From assembly GCA_002633005.1 (NCBI GenBank), contig NMRA01000204.1, positions 337,645 to 401,644 on the forward strand: a stretch of DNA of 64,000 nucleotides, in the 5' to 3' direction. The position numbers and the translations under genes are program-made. Each line of letters begins with the position of its first letter. Positions within the stretch are counted from its first letter, which is position 1. Positions 21,901-31,968 of the stretch are shown one piece after another. This DNA is from Phoronis australis (lineage: Eukaryota; Animalia; Phoronida). The notes beneath the pieces are model-generated. The model was given only the letters and a program-made list of their open reading frames with translations. It did no database searches and had not been told where the DNA came from.

Positions 21901-24744
21901 GTGGCTTTTATGTTAGCCAAAAGTCAGAAATCAAGATAACTTGTAGATTTAAAATCTTAAACTAGTTAATAGAATTTTTATGTTTTGTCCAGTACAGGAG
22001 AGTAAATTATGTTGATGCTGTCTCAAGACCGCTGCTTGTGTTTTGTGTTTCTCTACGAAAGGTTGAAATCCAGTTCTCACGTAACTTGTTAGATCGTGCA
22101 AAGGCAGATGGTAAGCGCAGCGCCTAGAACCAATGAAAAAGGCCTCAGATGTGAATAATGACCGGTTTGACCAAACGTGTGTTTTATGTCCCCAGGTAAG
22201 TTGAGCGATGATAGCAGCGAGGGTGAACTGGAAGGGACGAGCACTACAGAACAGCAGGACTCATCGCAGTATTATGATGTGTCATACGAGTCAGGCGACC
22301 TGCAGTCTGGTGATGCGCAGTATGACGATGACTCAGCGGTGGACATGTCAGCCTACCAGGATGAGCAGGGGAACTTGATACACTACCAACCTGGTAAGGG
22401 AAGAGTTGGGAATACATTTACTTTAGAAATAGCCGTGAGATTACGTAGCACCTTATCGACAAGTCTATGCTTAGAAAAATGATAGATTTTAACTCCGCTA
22501 AAGTATATGTGTTTTGAAAGTAGAAAGCCTCTAGACTTTGTTTTATGACTTATTACCAACCTGTCGTGAGTCACGTTACTGTCTTTTTAGTAAAATTTAG
22601 TACAAAAGGGGACGTTCGTAGTAAAACAACCATGTCAGTAACGTGATCAAATTTTATTTTGATATAGATGTCCATGATGAAATCTCAAAAGGGCTGTTAC
22701 AATTTTCTAAGTTATAATTTTGTTTTTGTTTTGTGCTGCATTTGATTTCCTTCATAAAAATTATAAAAGTCCTATTAATTGAGAGACATTCATGTAGGAT
22801 GGGATCAATTTAACAATAATTCCTAACAGCATTTTGGAGAACAGTGCACAAAGCATAGTGTCTGAGTGTTTCATGTGATTCCAGTCATTCACCGTTCCAA
22901 AGTTAACCAAGTTTGGGCATTTTTCAAGAGAACATATAACCTAGAATTTAGTTTGTGTTATACAGTAGTAACAATGGTTATGGCAGTGTTGCTCATTATA
23001 TTTGAACTTTTTATCTGCATTTAAAAATGACTGTTACGTTTTATATTAATCATATTTTAAGCTCTATTTATCACTGTCATGGCTCGAATATGTCTAGTAC
23101 TGGAAGGGTCTCCATATTGGCCTGTCAAATGCAGCATTCTCAAAAGGGCTTTTTGATCATGGTGAGCCACTGTGCTCAAATTTTGAGCCTCCATGCTGAA
23201 ATTGGAATTATTTAATACCCAGCTATCATTGGTTTATTCCCAAAAAACTTAAACCAATAACAGAACACGATAGTCTCCTCTTCGTTACTCTGTTTCCACC
23301 ACATTCAACTTTGATCCCGTGTAGATACTTACAGTCTCAATGAAGCAGGTCTTACAGTCGAATCTCGTTACTACCAACCTCCGGAATCCTGTCTAAATTG
23401 TTGGTTAAACCAATGTTTGCTGTGACCAAATCAACTTTTTTTTTGAAAATAAAGAGCCATAGAATGCCAGTGTAAGTTGGCATAAATACATAATTAATAT
23501 ATACTGTACATGCACACCCTGTACTGTACATGCACTCCCTGTACTCTACATTCACTCCCTGTACTGTACATTCACTCCCTGTACTCTACATTCACTCCCT
23601 GTACTCTACATTCACTCCCTGTACTCTACATTCACTCCCTGTACTGTACATTCACTCCCTGTACTCTACATTCACTCCCTGTACTCTACATTCACTCCAT
23701 GTACCTGTGGAAATGTAAGTACATGAATACAGACAACTGCCAAGGTACCTTTAATCCTTTAAGTTTGTATTACAATTTACTGTAATAGCCAGCACCATGC
23801 AACAAATCCCATGAATTGATATGACGCTCGCATGTTGGTTCTCTGTTAAGTTGATGAAGTTATCCTCTAGGACATTAAAACTCGTTACAAGTGAGCAAAC
23901 ATTATAAACCAATTTTGTTGGAGCACAGATCGACTGTGCCACGCAGTTTATTAATCCCAGCAACATTATCTGTCTTGTGAGGCATCAGTCAAAAGTGTTT
24001 CCTCTCAACTTTGCACAAATAAGTTACCTGCCTTGGTGCATCACTAATGGTCATCAGAAGAATTAAATACACTAAGATAGATGGTTGTGCTCCAAGGCCA
24101 ACTGCAATCATCAGCTGAGCGCCGTGCTTCCTCAAGATTTCGGCCCATATTTAACCCCAAATGATAATTTATGAATCTGCTCTGGGCTAATAATATCACC
24201 AGGTGATGGCTCCACGTTGCGGCGGACTCTCCGGCCTTTCTCTGGAGTGATCTTCTTAGCATGAACTTACTGGGCAATTAGTGTTGTCATTGACCTCTGA
24301 CCTCTTAGATAGTTGGCCACTACATCAAGCCATCACCTGGTATTATCATTAGTCCAGAAGAACACATTCTTAAATTATCTATTATCATTTACTGGATGAA
24401 TCATAATATACATCTTAATATACTTAACTCCAGTCAAGATTGAACTTATGTCATAAATCCAATCCTCGCCCTCAGTCTTCTCAAAATCAAATGCGACATC
24501 TGTTTCAGGTCAGTTCCAGCCTGAACCTGTGGACTACGAAGACTCACGTGACAGTTTTGACCCGACTGAGTTCTTTGAGCATGCCCGTTTCAAGACCCCC
24601 GGTGAGTCGCAGCTGGAGGCCAGCCAACCAGAGTCTGTCGAGGCAAGTATCAACCGAGATCTGCAGATGTCGGAGTCTGAAAGTGAGGCTGAGGAGTGTG
24701 AACAGCAGGTGGACCCGTTTGATTTTGACGAGTTCATGGAGTAA
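798..24744 (+). CDS. TAF1: TAF1 (TFIID subunit 1), 3' portion; 28 exons joined, 5' end outside window
   Basis: Exons joined at GT-AG sites with matching phases give one frame of 3843 nt (about 1280 aa plus stop). Recognisable TAF1 segments include [74 protein letters not shown] and two bromodomains (NSRLYNG, NSEKYNG). Confidence 0.97.
1162..1335 (+). CDS. TAF1: TAF1 exon ([13 protein letters not shown]...KNYYKR)
   Basis: ccacag| acceptor, AGG|gtaggt donor, 174 nt. Confidence 0.93.
1400..1650. mobile_element. Partial copy of the TTAA-flanked MITE family (see 48762-49269)
   Basis: ttaa|gggtgtgtgggac terminus; shared internal motif tctcagaaacggccgatcagatttctatgaaact. Confidence 0.55.
1995..2185 (+). 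CDS. TAF1: TAF1 exon ([15 protein letters not shown]...LIIRNRQ)
   Basis: tttcag| acceptor, CA|gtaagt donor, phase 0-2. Confidence 0.92.
2815..2929 (+). CDS. TAF1: TAF1 exon (YCIREVD...VRDFLQ)
   Basis: tctcag| acceptor, CAA|gtatgt donor, phase 2-0. Confidence 0.93.
3365..3506 (+). CDS. TAF1: TAF1 exon (VFIYRLFW...CADFKRT)
   Basis: gcgaag| acceptor, G|gtgatg donor, phase 0-1. Confidence 0.92.
3814..4096. mobile_element. MITE with ~30-bp imperfect TIRs
   Basis: gatctgtttcatgaaagtgtcttaagact ... agtcttaaagtcacttttctcgaaacagagccc; same termini recur at 63261-63501 and near 63026. Confidence 0.6.
4106..4310 (+). mobile_element. tRNA-derived SINE-like fragment
   Basis: A-box-like ggcagtgtggcctagtgg head and a cccttgag core-like motif; 4254-4300 resembles the reverse complement of 60860-60910. 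Confidence 0.45.
4354..4484 (+). CDS. TAF1: TAF1 exon ([10 protein letters not shown]...AEQRLK)
   Basis: tgttag| acceptor, AAG|gtagga donor, phase 1-0. Confidence 0.93.
5164..5241 (+). CDS. TAF1: TAF1 exon ([12 protein letters not shown]...KIEDE)
   Basis: ctgtag| acceptor, GAG|gtaggt donor, 78 nt. Confidence 0.93.
5584..5847 (+). CDS. TAF1: TAF1 exon (VITAPWRTT...FGVPEAE)
   Basis: cctcag| acceptor, GAA|gtaagg donor, 264 nt. Confidence 0.94.
6379..6457 (+). CDS. TAF1: TAF1 exon ([26 protein letters not shown])
   Basis: tttcag| acceptor, G|gtgact donor, phase 0-1. Confidence 0.91.
6562..6925. mobile_element. Tc1/mariner-type MITE
   Basis: TA|cagggtgtcacaaaat ... atttgggacaccctg|TA: TIRs with TA target duplication. 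Confidence 0.7.
7365..7464 (+). CDS. TAF1: TAF1 exon ([11 protein letters not shown]...IFDLQN)
   Basis: ttgcag| acceptor, AG|gtatgt donor, phase 1-2. Confidence 0.92.
7880..8015 (+). CDS. TAF1: TAF1 exon ([11 protein letters not shown]...NKKTSHQ)
   Basis: taacag| acceptor, CAG|gtgagg donor, phase 2-0. Confidence 0.93.
8879..9019 (+). CDS. TAF1: TAF1 exon ([14 protein letters not shown]...DADGEGH)
   Basis: ttttag| acceptor, CAT|gtaagt donor, 141 nt. Confidence 0.88.
9004..9116 (+). repeat. 53-bp tandem repeat (about 2.1 units) spanning a TAF1 exon-intron junction
   Basis: tgatggagagggtcatgt... starts at 9004 and 9057, with a partial third at 9110. Confidence 0.85.
9792..9928 (+). CDS. TAF1: TAF1 exon ([11 protein letters not shown]...TKDDAF)
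   Basis: ttgtag| acceptor, AT|gtgagt donor, phase 0-2. Confidence 0.92.
10418..10480 (+). CDS. TAF1: TAF1 exon ([20 protein letters not shown])
   Basis: tttcag| acceptor, AG|gtaaga donor, phase 2-2. Confidence 0.9.
10477..10674 (+). repeat. 24-bp minisatellite (8 units) built from a splice donor
   Basis: Consensus GAAGGTAAGGTATTGTTCAAGTCA; units at 10477, 10501, 10525, 10549, 10573, 10597, 10621 and 10645. Confidence 0.9.
11373..11484 (+). CDS. TAF1: TAF1 exon ([12 protein letters not shown]...EKQLK)
   Basis: ttgtag| acceptor, AAG|gtactc donor, phase 2-0. Confidence 0.91.
11855..12095. repeat. ~20-21-bp GC-rich minisatellite
   Basis: Repeated gtgaacaatatgccccgcc-like units; explains the overlapping spurious ORFs here. 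Confidence 0.85.
12170..12381 (+). CDS. TAF1: TAF1 exon, CCHC zinc knuckle ([19 protein letters not shown]...)
   Basis: tcacag| acceptor, CA|gtgagt donor, phase 0-2; Cx2Cx4Hx6C motif. Confidence 0.94.
12809..12923 (+). CDS. TAF1: TAF1 exon ([15 protein letters not shown]...HCDYLE)
   Basis: attcag| acceptor, GAG|gtatgt donor, phase 2-0. Confidence 0.92.
13493..13767. mobile_element. Foldback (long-TIR) element
   Basis: ~120-bp arms, e.g. tcataatattccttaccctgatagaattct vs agaattctgtcagggtaaggaatattatga, and aaataaggcct vs aggccttattt. Confidence 0.8.
13816..13914 (+). CDS. TAF1: TAF1 exon, start of bromodomain 1 ([13 protein letters not shown]...MRDMPN)
   Basis: ttttag| acceptor, AAT|gtaagt donor, 99 nt. 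Confidence 0.92.
14347..14439 (+). CDS. TAF1: TAF1 exon, bromodomain 1 ZA loop (TAPFLFPVN...QTIRE)
   Basis: ctgcag| acceptor, GAG|gtacgg donor, 93 nt. Confidence 0.93.
14802..14954 (+). CDS. TAF1: TAF1 exon, bromodomain 1 B/C helices (HIRDKKY...NSRLYNG...RLAE)
   Basis: cttcag| acceptor, GAG|gtgggc donor, 153 nt. Confidence 0.93.
15872..15994 (+). CDS. TAF1: TAF1 exon, inter-bromodomain linker ([22 protein letters not shown]...AVEN)
   Basis: tcacag| acceptor, AAC|gtgagt donor, 123 nt. Confidence 0.94.
16421..16513 (+). CDS. TAF1: TAF1 exon, bromodomain 2 ZA loop ([16 protein letters not shown]...QTLVG)
   Basis: ttccag| acceptor, GGG|gtgagc donor, 93 nt. Confidence 0.93.
16540..16752 (+). 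repeat. 50-bp tandem repeat just after a TAF1 donor, units carrying donor-like GTGAG/GTGAA
   Basis: tagctt anchors at 16629, 16679 and 16729 (period 50) plus a degenerate first unit; repeated again at about 17925-18135. Confidence 0.8.
17118..17270 (+). CDS. TAF1: TAF1 exon, bromodomain 2 B/C helices (NVEKHKY...NSEKYNG...MLEL)
   Basis: ttgtag| acceptor, TTG|gtatgg donor, 153 nt. Confidence 0.9.
18496..18648 (+). CDS. TAF1: Second copy of the TAF1 bromodomain-2 exon (probably the other haplotype)
   Basis: Same protein as 17118-17270 with only synonymous differences seen (AAC/AAT, AAG/AAA). Lies in the duplicated block that follows the N at 17830. Confidence 0.6.
18843..19310. mobile_element. 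TTAA-flanked MITE copy (inverse orientation to 48762-49269)
   Basis: ggtaatgtaggac ... ggtcccacaaaacc|ttaa termini; shared internal sequence. Confidence 0.7.
19654..19777 (+). CDS. TAF1: TAF1 exon ([27 protein letters not shown]...)
   Basis: ttgcag| acceptor, G|gtgagt donor, phase 0-1. Confidence 0.91.
20851..20957 (+). CDS. TAF1: TAF1 acidic-tail exon (ADLESLDNL...QDFQQE)
   Basis: ctgcag| acceptor, GAG|gtgggt donor, phase 1-0, open acidic frame. Confidence 0.8.
21741..21840 (+). CDS. TAF1: TAF1 acidic-tail exon ([16 protein letters not shown]...DDII)
   Basis: gtgcag| acceptor, G|gtgagt donor, phase 0-1. Confidence 0.8.
22196..22393 (+). CDS. TAF1: TAF1 acidic-tail exon ([10 protein letters not shown]...HYQP)
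   Basis: ccccag| acceptor, G|gtaagg donor, phase 1-1. Confidence 0.82.
22438..22941. mobile_element. Diverged copy of the TTAA-flanked MITE family
   Basis: agattacgtagcacc ... catataacctag termini; shared internal motifs (ctgttacaattttctaa, ataaaagtcct, gaacagtgcacaaagc). Confidence 0.55.
23501..23704. repeat. 20-bp minisatellite, 10 units
   Basis: gtactctacattcactccct, nearly homogeneous. Confidence 0.95.
24161..24379. mobile_element. Inverted-repeat element (~50-bp arms), MITE-like
   Basis: gataatttatgaat...ctgggctaataatatcaccaggtgatggct vs agccatcacctggtattatcattagtccag...attcttaaattatc. Confidence 0.65.
24509..24744 (+). CDS. TAF1: TAF1 terminal coding exon ([12 protein letters not shown]...[10 protein letters not shown]...FDEFME*)
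   Basis: tttcag| acceptor in phase 1; acidic ORF ending in TAA. Confidence 0.85.
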
Positions 24745-27700
24745 TAAATAGAGCGCGGGAAGATATATGATAATGTGCCTGATTTGGTAACTGTTTCTTG
24801 TTGATATTGAGAAAGTAGAGAATTTGAAGTCTATTTCCTCCTATATCAATGAGAATTGTTTTAAAAGATTACTCTAATCAAGCAATCTTGACAGTGACTT
24901 TTGATGTTTTTTCTACGATGCAAGTAGCCATGTTCGTGTTTTAATGTAGTAATTATTTATGCTTTGTTTAAGTGCTAAAAATGGGTTGAGCATTGATTTA
25001 TTTTTCAATTTCTGCGCATTGTGCATAATTTGGTAGTATGCGAATTCGCTTAAGAGTTTAAGTATCAAATTTCACATCGTTATTGATATATTTTGGGAAT
25101 GATTGTTTCCAATATGCATTTCTGAATCTGCTGTCCTTGTGTGTAAGACGTTAATAAGGATACTGTTTGGGAGTGTCAAATTAAATGCAAGACAGAAGTA
25201 CGTAAAGGCAGTCAAGTTACCTAGTTGGTATCATGTGTTGCAGGAGCTTGTGTATATATGTAGATATGAATTGTAAATTGTAAATAGATTTTTAAGAGTT
25301 TTTGTACCAAGAGTAAGGAACAAGATTGTGTAATTTTATGTTCATATTTTTGTTAAGATTATAAATGTGTTGCTCATGGCAAATAATGTTTTCTGTCTTT
25401 GGTGTTGTTCTAAGCGTAAGTTGTTATTTGAGGAATGTTGTCAATAATCATGAGATTTACATGTAGTTGCAAAATGCACTTGTCATAGATGGTGGTTGTT
25501 GCCTTTTAACTCAAGGTGAGAAAGAAGGTTGTAATTTTTACCTATGACAAGCATCACTGTGTAATTAAAAATGGTATTTTATCGACATGATCTTCTGATG
25601 TTGCTGCGTACTGTACGAGGCTGATAATGCTATCAACGCGTACGTTTTCTTTAGTGTTTGTTTAAGCTTCGATTGTCCTCTCAGTTCAGTAGATCTGGGA
25701 CTGGGATCTGTTTTGAAGTACCATTTCGTTTTTGTTGACTTTTTACGAGTTCTTCATCAGGTATTGGGTTCAGGTCATCATGTTTCTCACTTGGTTTACA
25801 AGTATGTTTGCCTGCCTGTCTGTACTGTTTATTAATTTCCAAGCTACAGCGTGTGGAGATTATTAAAACATTATGTTAATGCACTGAAACATACATTTAG
25901 TAGACACTGTTATGGCTGAAATGACCTCACAAACTTTTTATTGGCAATGTAACCACCAAACTTTTATGAAAGATAATTGTCCATTTTTACCAACGCGAGT
26001 TTCTCGAAAATTTACGATGCATTTCTAAAACCTTGTTAATAATGTTCCTGACTCGCAGGCGCAGCTTCGAAGTATCGAAAAATATTTTTTTTACGTAATG
26101 CATATTTGCACGGTATACCAGACATTTCAAAAATATATGAAAACCACAACGTTGTCACAGTGGCGATGATAATCAATTATAGTCTTGAAATGCCCCCTGC
26201 AATCGATTGGTTTTGTTTGATAACATTTTATTATAAAACCACAAGTGTTTGTGTATAAGCTTGTCAGTGTCAGTTTCTCGAGATCTATTGAATAAATGAC
26301 ACTGTAAACTTAATAAACAGTTCAGGCTGACTGGAGTTGACATGTAAAAAAATGCAATTTCCCCCTATAATTGATGATAACTAATTATAATCTGCTAATC
26401 CCTGTTCACTTCATAACTGATTAGAGTGTTAATCATATTACGGCATGGGATATCAAATATTTGTGGCTGGATTCAAGGCACTGAGCAAATATTTCTCCAC
26501 AATAGCTGTGTATGTACTGTCTAGCCACAAGTCCCTTTTAATAGACCCCAACAGTGAGTAGGTCTTGTGCTGCATACAACCTCAGTGCAGTTTTGTGGTT
26601 TTGGAAAACCCAAACCATTCCCTTAGGGGCATCTAATTACATGCACAAATGTAATTTAACTATAATTTAACTAGTTAAAAAGCAAAGCCTACTGTGAACT
26701 GTAACACATGTAACTTTAATTCACAGAATATGTTAATTGCATCATTCGATCCTCACTGGACTAAAAAATGTCACTGTGATAATCAAGTTATGTCTTACAG
26801 CTACAAACACATTGTGACACTAGTTGAAGGTAAAATGTACTTTTCAAAACATGTTAATGGAGAAAACTATTTTAATTTAAAGGCGCACTGTGAAACGGAT
26901 GATTTCTTTAAAGGTGCTGTAGTCTTACTTTTTGTTAATAAACTATTCCTCGATTTAGTTCACTTATGGTTATTAAACTGATCTGGACGTGATCAGTTTT
27001 CTCAGATTTTGAGTGATTTCTTGACTTGGGAAGATGTGAGCATTCATAGTAACTTGGAAAATGAAATGAGGAAATTTGGCATATCTGATTCGTATCAAAC
27101 CTTCAGATTCTATGTTTTATGCACTGTTCGCCAAACAGCTGTTGGTAAATGTTTTTAAAATACCCTATTGTTACATGAGGGGCCATCACAGAGTAGGACT
27201 TGTACAATTCAATGTTGCTTAAACAAAGTTTATCATGGTATTGATACTGCAGTTTTTGCTAAATTTCAAAAAAGGACACAATTGTCATGCGATCCAATTA
27301 ATGGCAGATTGATAATAAAGTCAAAAAATCAATTTCTGCAGGCTTTCTACTTTCAGAAAATACATGCTATTACTTCTTGTCAGTGGGTTAAAAATCTATA
27401 GTTTTGTAGACATGTGACACTGACTTGTTGATATGGACCTACATAACCTTAAATGACTGTTTTAAGGGAATGTTTAGTTTTAAATATTATACAATAACTC
27501 AATTTTCTTCATTTGAAATTCTGGAAATTGTAAAAATGCAAGTTGTCAGAACCATACCGAGTCTTCACACACTTAGCATGCAATAAGGCGTTTAATTGGA
27601 ATTTTGTTTTCTATAAGTTTTAAAACAAAAACAAAGATTAAGAAAATTCTGTTCTTAGTTTGGTTTATACTATGTATGACTTTTTGTGCTTAAGTTTTAC

Positions 27701-29018
27701 AGTAAGGTAACTATGAAAATAGAAAAATACAATTTTGGTAATTATTTTAGTGCATATTAACTGCAGATTTACGATACAGTCTGAAATAAAAGCCTCCAAA
27801 AAAGGCTGGGATCAAAGACACGACTGGTATTGAGATGTTTTACAAAATTAAAATGACAACTAGGTATACTATCATGAACATTTAATACATGATACACATT
27901 TAATACAGATTTACCATCCATGAAATAACCCAGTCACAATAACAGTAATGGGACCACAAGACAAGTCAGCTCTGATCTGAAACCATACATCCGTTTACAT
28001 GTTGGAAGCCACCTCGAAATTATGATGGTAATCTAATCAGCTGAACTCTGCCTGATAATACACCTTAAATATGTCATTGGTAAACAAACCAAAAAATCCT
28101 GCTCTATAATAAATAATAAAATATGACAATATCATACCATAGGGCCAAAAAGGCAAAGTTGGTTCCTACCTCCAGACTACAAAAAACGCTGTCCCGCCTC
28201 CATTCCAGTCGAGGTATCGTGCTTTTTGAAAAGCTGCACAAAGGCACATAATCAAAGTTTGATATGCCATCACTTAGCAAGCTATTAGTAATTAACAAAT
28301 CTTGCATCATTTCAACTCGTCTCCAGTGAATTTTCTAACTTGAACAGAACCAACTGTGCTTTCGTGGCCTTGTTGGGAAGCACAAATTTCTCATACTTAG
28401 TTCCACGACCTAGTTCCGTTCTCGGTGACTGGCCAATGTGCATTACAACCACAAATCTTTGCAAAGGTAATCAAACAAATAAATCTCTCCATTATAACAG
28501 ATTCATAATAATGCAAAAGGTCAGGCAGTGGTAGGTGTAATCGTTTTAAAGGTAACTATATTTCATGAGCATATGGCGCTTAAGTTTTTGAAAAAAAAAC
28601 AGTAGACAAATTTCATCAAACTTTGTCTTGGCTTAGTCGAAATCGAGGTGAAAACCTGAACGAAAAATAAATTGTTTGAAAATTGACCGAAATTTTTTGC
28701 TTCGAAAGTTCGCCTATTTTCAACAACAAGAAATATCCTCGAGTTCTTTTTGAAAACTACTACATAATTGTAAAGTTTTACAGTTTCAAATATACAGCCT
28801 CAAATAAAACTTACTCTGTAGTTAGAAATAAGAGAAGACAACACTGTTGTTTCACCTGAATGTCATGTCTTAAAACCACATACAACTTGGATAACCACTA
28901 CTACTGTGAGGCCACAACACAACGAATTGTTTGATGAAGTCCGATAGCCCTGCTTGTTTAACCGACACCGTTGTTTGGGTGCTAGGTTTATCCACTGCAA
29001 AATCTGTTCTAGATTGAG

Positions 29019-29274
29019 CAGTAGTGTGCAGAAGGAGGGACGTAGGGATAGCGGCCTCAGGCGTCCACATCGGGGGAACATCCACTGAATCGCTATTAAT
29101 AAACCTTTTGAAATTGTCCCCGATTTGTAGTTAAATTGAATATAGTTTCTATTTTATGTTTCGTCATTTTTACTTTTCTTAGTACAAGGTCCACTTGAGT
29201 AGAGAGAGGGGGGCATCCCATAAAAAATAGGCCTCGGGCATCATGAGACCTCACCAAACCTCTGCACGCTACTG
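29019..29274. mobile_element. hAT-type MITE with perfect 8-bp target-site duplication
   Basis: AGATTGAG|cagtagtgtgcaga ... tctgcacgctactg|AGATTGAG. Confidence 0.88.
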
Positions 29275-31547
29275 AGATTGAGGATGGTCATCTTTACATG
29301 ATCATTCACAGCACCTGAAGTTGACAAACAGATAGCAAGACAAAATGAAATAAATCTTCTATAATCCTCACACAATGCTCAGTGAATGCAACTTAAAATG
29401 ATAAAATACTGTTTCTGCAGTTAATCATAACATCAGTCAAACAATTACATAATTCAGATCTCTCAGGTAAACATTACTTTGCGTCTTAAATATTTACGTA
29501 TTTACAATACTTACACACTATTTTCTACGCCGCATGAACGTAAATGTGTTCACCCACAAACTAAGCAACTCCTCCTAACTTTCTCACAAAACAAACTCCT
29601 TATCCTTGCAAAGTGTATACAACTTTAATGCCCCCCACTAACATAGCACTTCAAACCTCAACATGGGCGAGGTTGTCGAGGGTGTCTTCTTACATTTCGT
29701 AAACTCACAGTTTTGGACAGACTTAAAAATGTCACTGTAGATATTTAATATCCACCATGAAGATGTTTTGTCCAAAATTCTACCTATCCGTTGAACAACA
29801 ATCTTTGTGTACACTATGATAGGGGCACCTCCTTGCGAAGTAAATAGCGACTACTGTAAACAAAAATGGAGCACAATTCCACACGAATGTGACACTTCGA
29901 TGTTTGAGCGTACGAATATTCACAGTTTATACTGAATTGGCAACAGTAATGAATATCTCCATTCATATTGTTACTGACATTGTGTAACACGGGAAAATTA
30001 TCAAACATTCTTGCCTAAATACAACAACCATGAATACTCAATAATCAAGTGATCGGTTAAACCAGTAAAAATTCATAAATACTGCTACAACAAAGCACTG
30101 AATATCCATGTACTACTTTGCAACATCATGTACTCATGAACACCTTCTAAATTCATTATATAACACACTACGGAATATTCCTGAAGATCCCAAATGAACA
30201 TTATGTAACAACAATGAATATTCGGAATACAAGGCACAGAAGCGTGAACTGTAGATGATATATATGATGTGCAGTATCAGCGTAAGTGTTTGTCCCATAC
30301 CAACACTTCCAAGACCACTGATTCGGCTAAGTATGACGGGCACTGATCAGCTCGGACGAACGGTACAGATGACCTGACCAAGTAATGGAAACGGATATAA
30401 ACTGCAACAACGAGGATTCTGGAATCTTCTTTTCCTGGAGACTCGAGTGACGAAAGCAATTCTCGAAGACTACACAATAACTCCACATCACTCTGAAATG
30501 AATTCATAGTTAATTAGACATAACATCGCCTAGGTAACTTCATTGGCAAAAGACAAAACTAACGCAGAATTGCCTCGCGGTGTATTCGTTGTATTGGTAA
30601 TGTTCATGACAAATTCACAGCCACCACAAAATTGGAAAGAGGTAGCTTCTTATATTCCTAGTGTGCTAAGAAATATTCCAGAGTTAGTTCCTGTTTTGTG
30701 CACCTTTTACAATGTAGACCACTGTTTAACAGGGCACTGAAACTTAGTTCTTGAAAACAAGACCTCATCAACCACAGAGGGATGTAGGAACTAAAGCAAG
30801 TCTTAATGAAACTGTGTACCTCAGTGAATATCCACGTTTCATCTAACAACTTTTCAACACACAACATAATAATTAACTAATTTTTTTGTATCTTTGATGG
30901 TTGAAAATAATTGATTCACATCTTTAAATGTCAAACAAATGTATGTAGTCATGTGACGACCATTTTTGTGGAAAAATATAAACTGCAGGAGAATTCATAT
31001 GTTAATATGTATTGCTAATGCAAATATGAAGAAAACTGTCTCAGGTTTTTTTCTTGCTTTTACACAACAGACATTCGAATCACCAATCCTTTTTAAAACA
31101 ACAACCCGAGTAACTTTTGATGGCTGACACTTTGAATGTAAGGAAGGGAAACCAAAATGAGAGATACGGTACTCTTCGTCACAGATAAATTTTCAAGCAA
31201 ATCAACTCACACAGTAAAAAGAAATCAACGTTGATAACTGAAGATGGCCAACTAATTGAAATCAACTGAAGTCATCTCATCTATATGATGTCTTAAGTAA
31301 GGCATTTAACATTTTACAGATAGCAATAGGAAATAAAGACACGATTTTATAAAATACGTGGCTATTGCGTTTTTGAAAAAAATACAAGAAGGTTGACAAC
31401 TAACAGATGATCAGATTTTATGGAAAAGAATCGATTATTTATTGACACACTAACTTTGGGTAATGAACAAGAACTGAAAAATAAAATCCCAAAACAGAGA
31501 TTTCATGTGTATTGTTGCCTTCACAGTAGAAAGTGCCAGGTGCCTAG

Positions 31548-31968
31548 AGTCCCGTTTAGACATCAACTTTAGGCCAGTCGCAACTGACACAGAGCAAATT
31601 GATCGGTGTCAAGCGTCCGTTTACACACACAACTCAGTAACTGTGGCAAGACGGAAGTTGTAGGCTTGAGAGTGTATCACACATGCGCAGGTTTACAAAT
31701 CACGGGAGTTGAAGAGACAAAGAACCCGTATTGAGGTCATTACACAAGCGCAGTAGAGATGATCTTTTCCGCCTTGCCCCAGTTACGCGTTTAGACAGAT
31801 AATTGACACGGAGCAAGATGTTCTAGCGCAAATTGCTCTACCTCACAAACGGGTGGAAAAAGTTGACACCGCGGTGTCCATTTGCTCCGTGTCAGTGCCG
31901 TTCACACACTGGAACACCTCGTTCCGTGTCAGCTGATCTGTGTCAACTTTTGTAGTGTAAATAGCACT
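31548..31968. mobile_element. MITE-like element with repeated tgacacggagcaa subterminal motifs
   Basis: agtcccgtttagaca ... tgtaaatagcact imperfect TIRs; motif present in both orientations; related fragment at 38780-38890. Confidence 0.6.

Noticed and set aside
23510-23785. Repetitive ORFs ([16 protein letters not shown]...)
   Set aside because: Translations of the 20-bp minisatellite.
24743-24748. AATAAA overlapping the TAF1 stop codon
   Set aside because: It would leave almost no 3' UTR; UTR-like T/G-rich sequence continues and other signals lie downstream.
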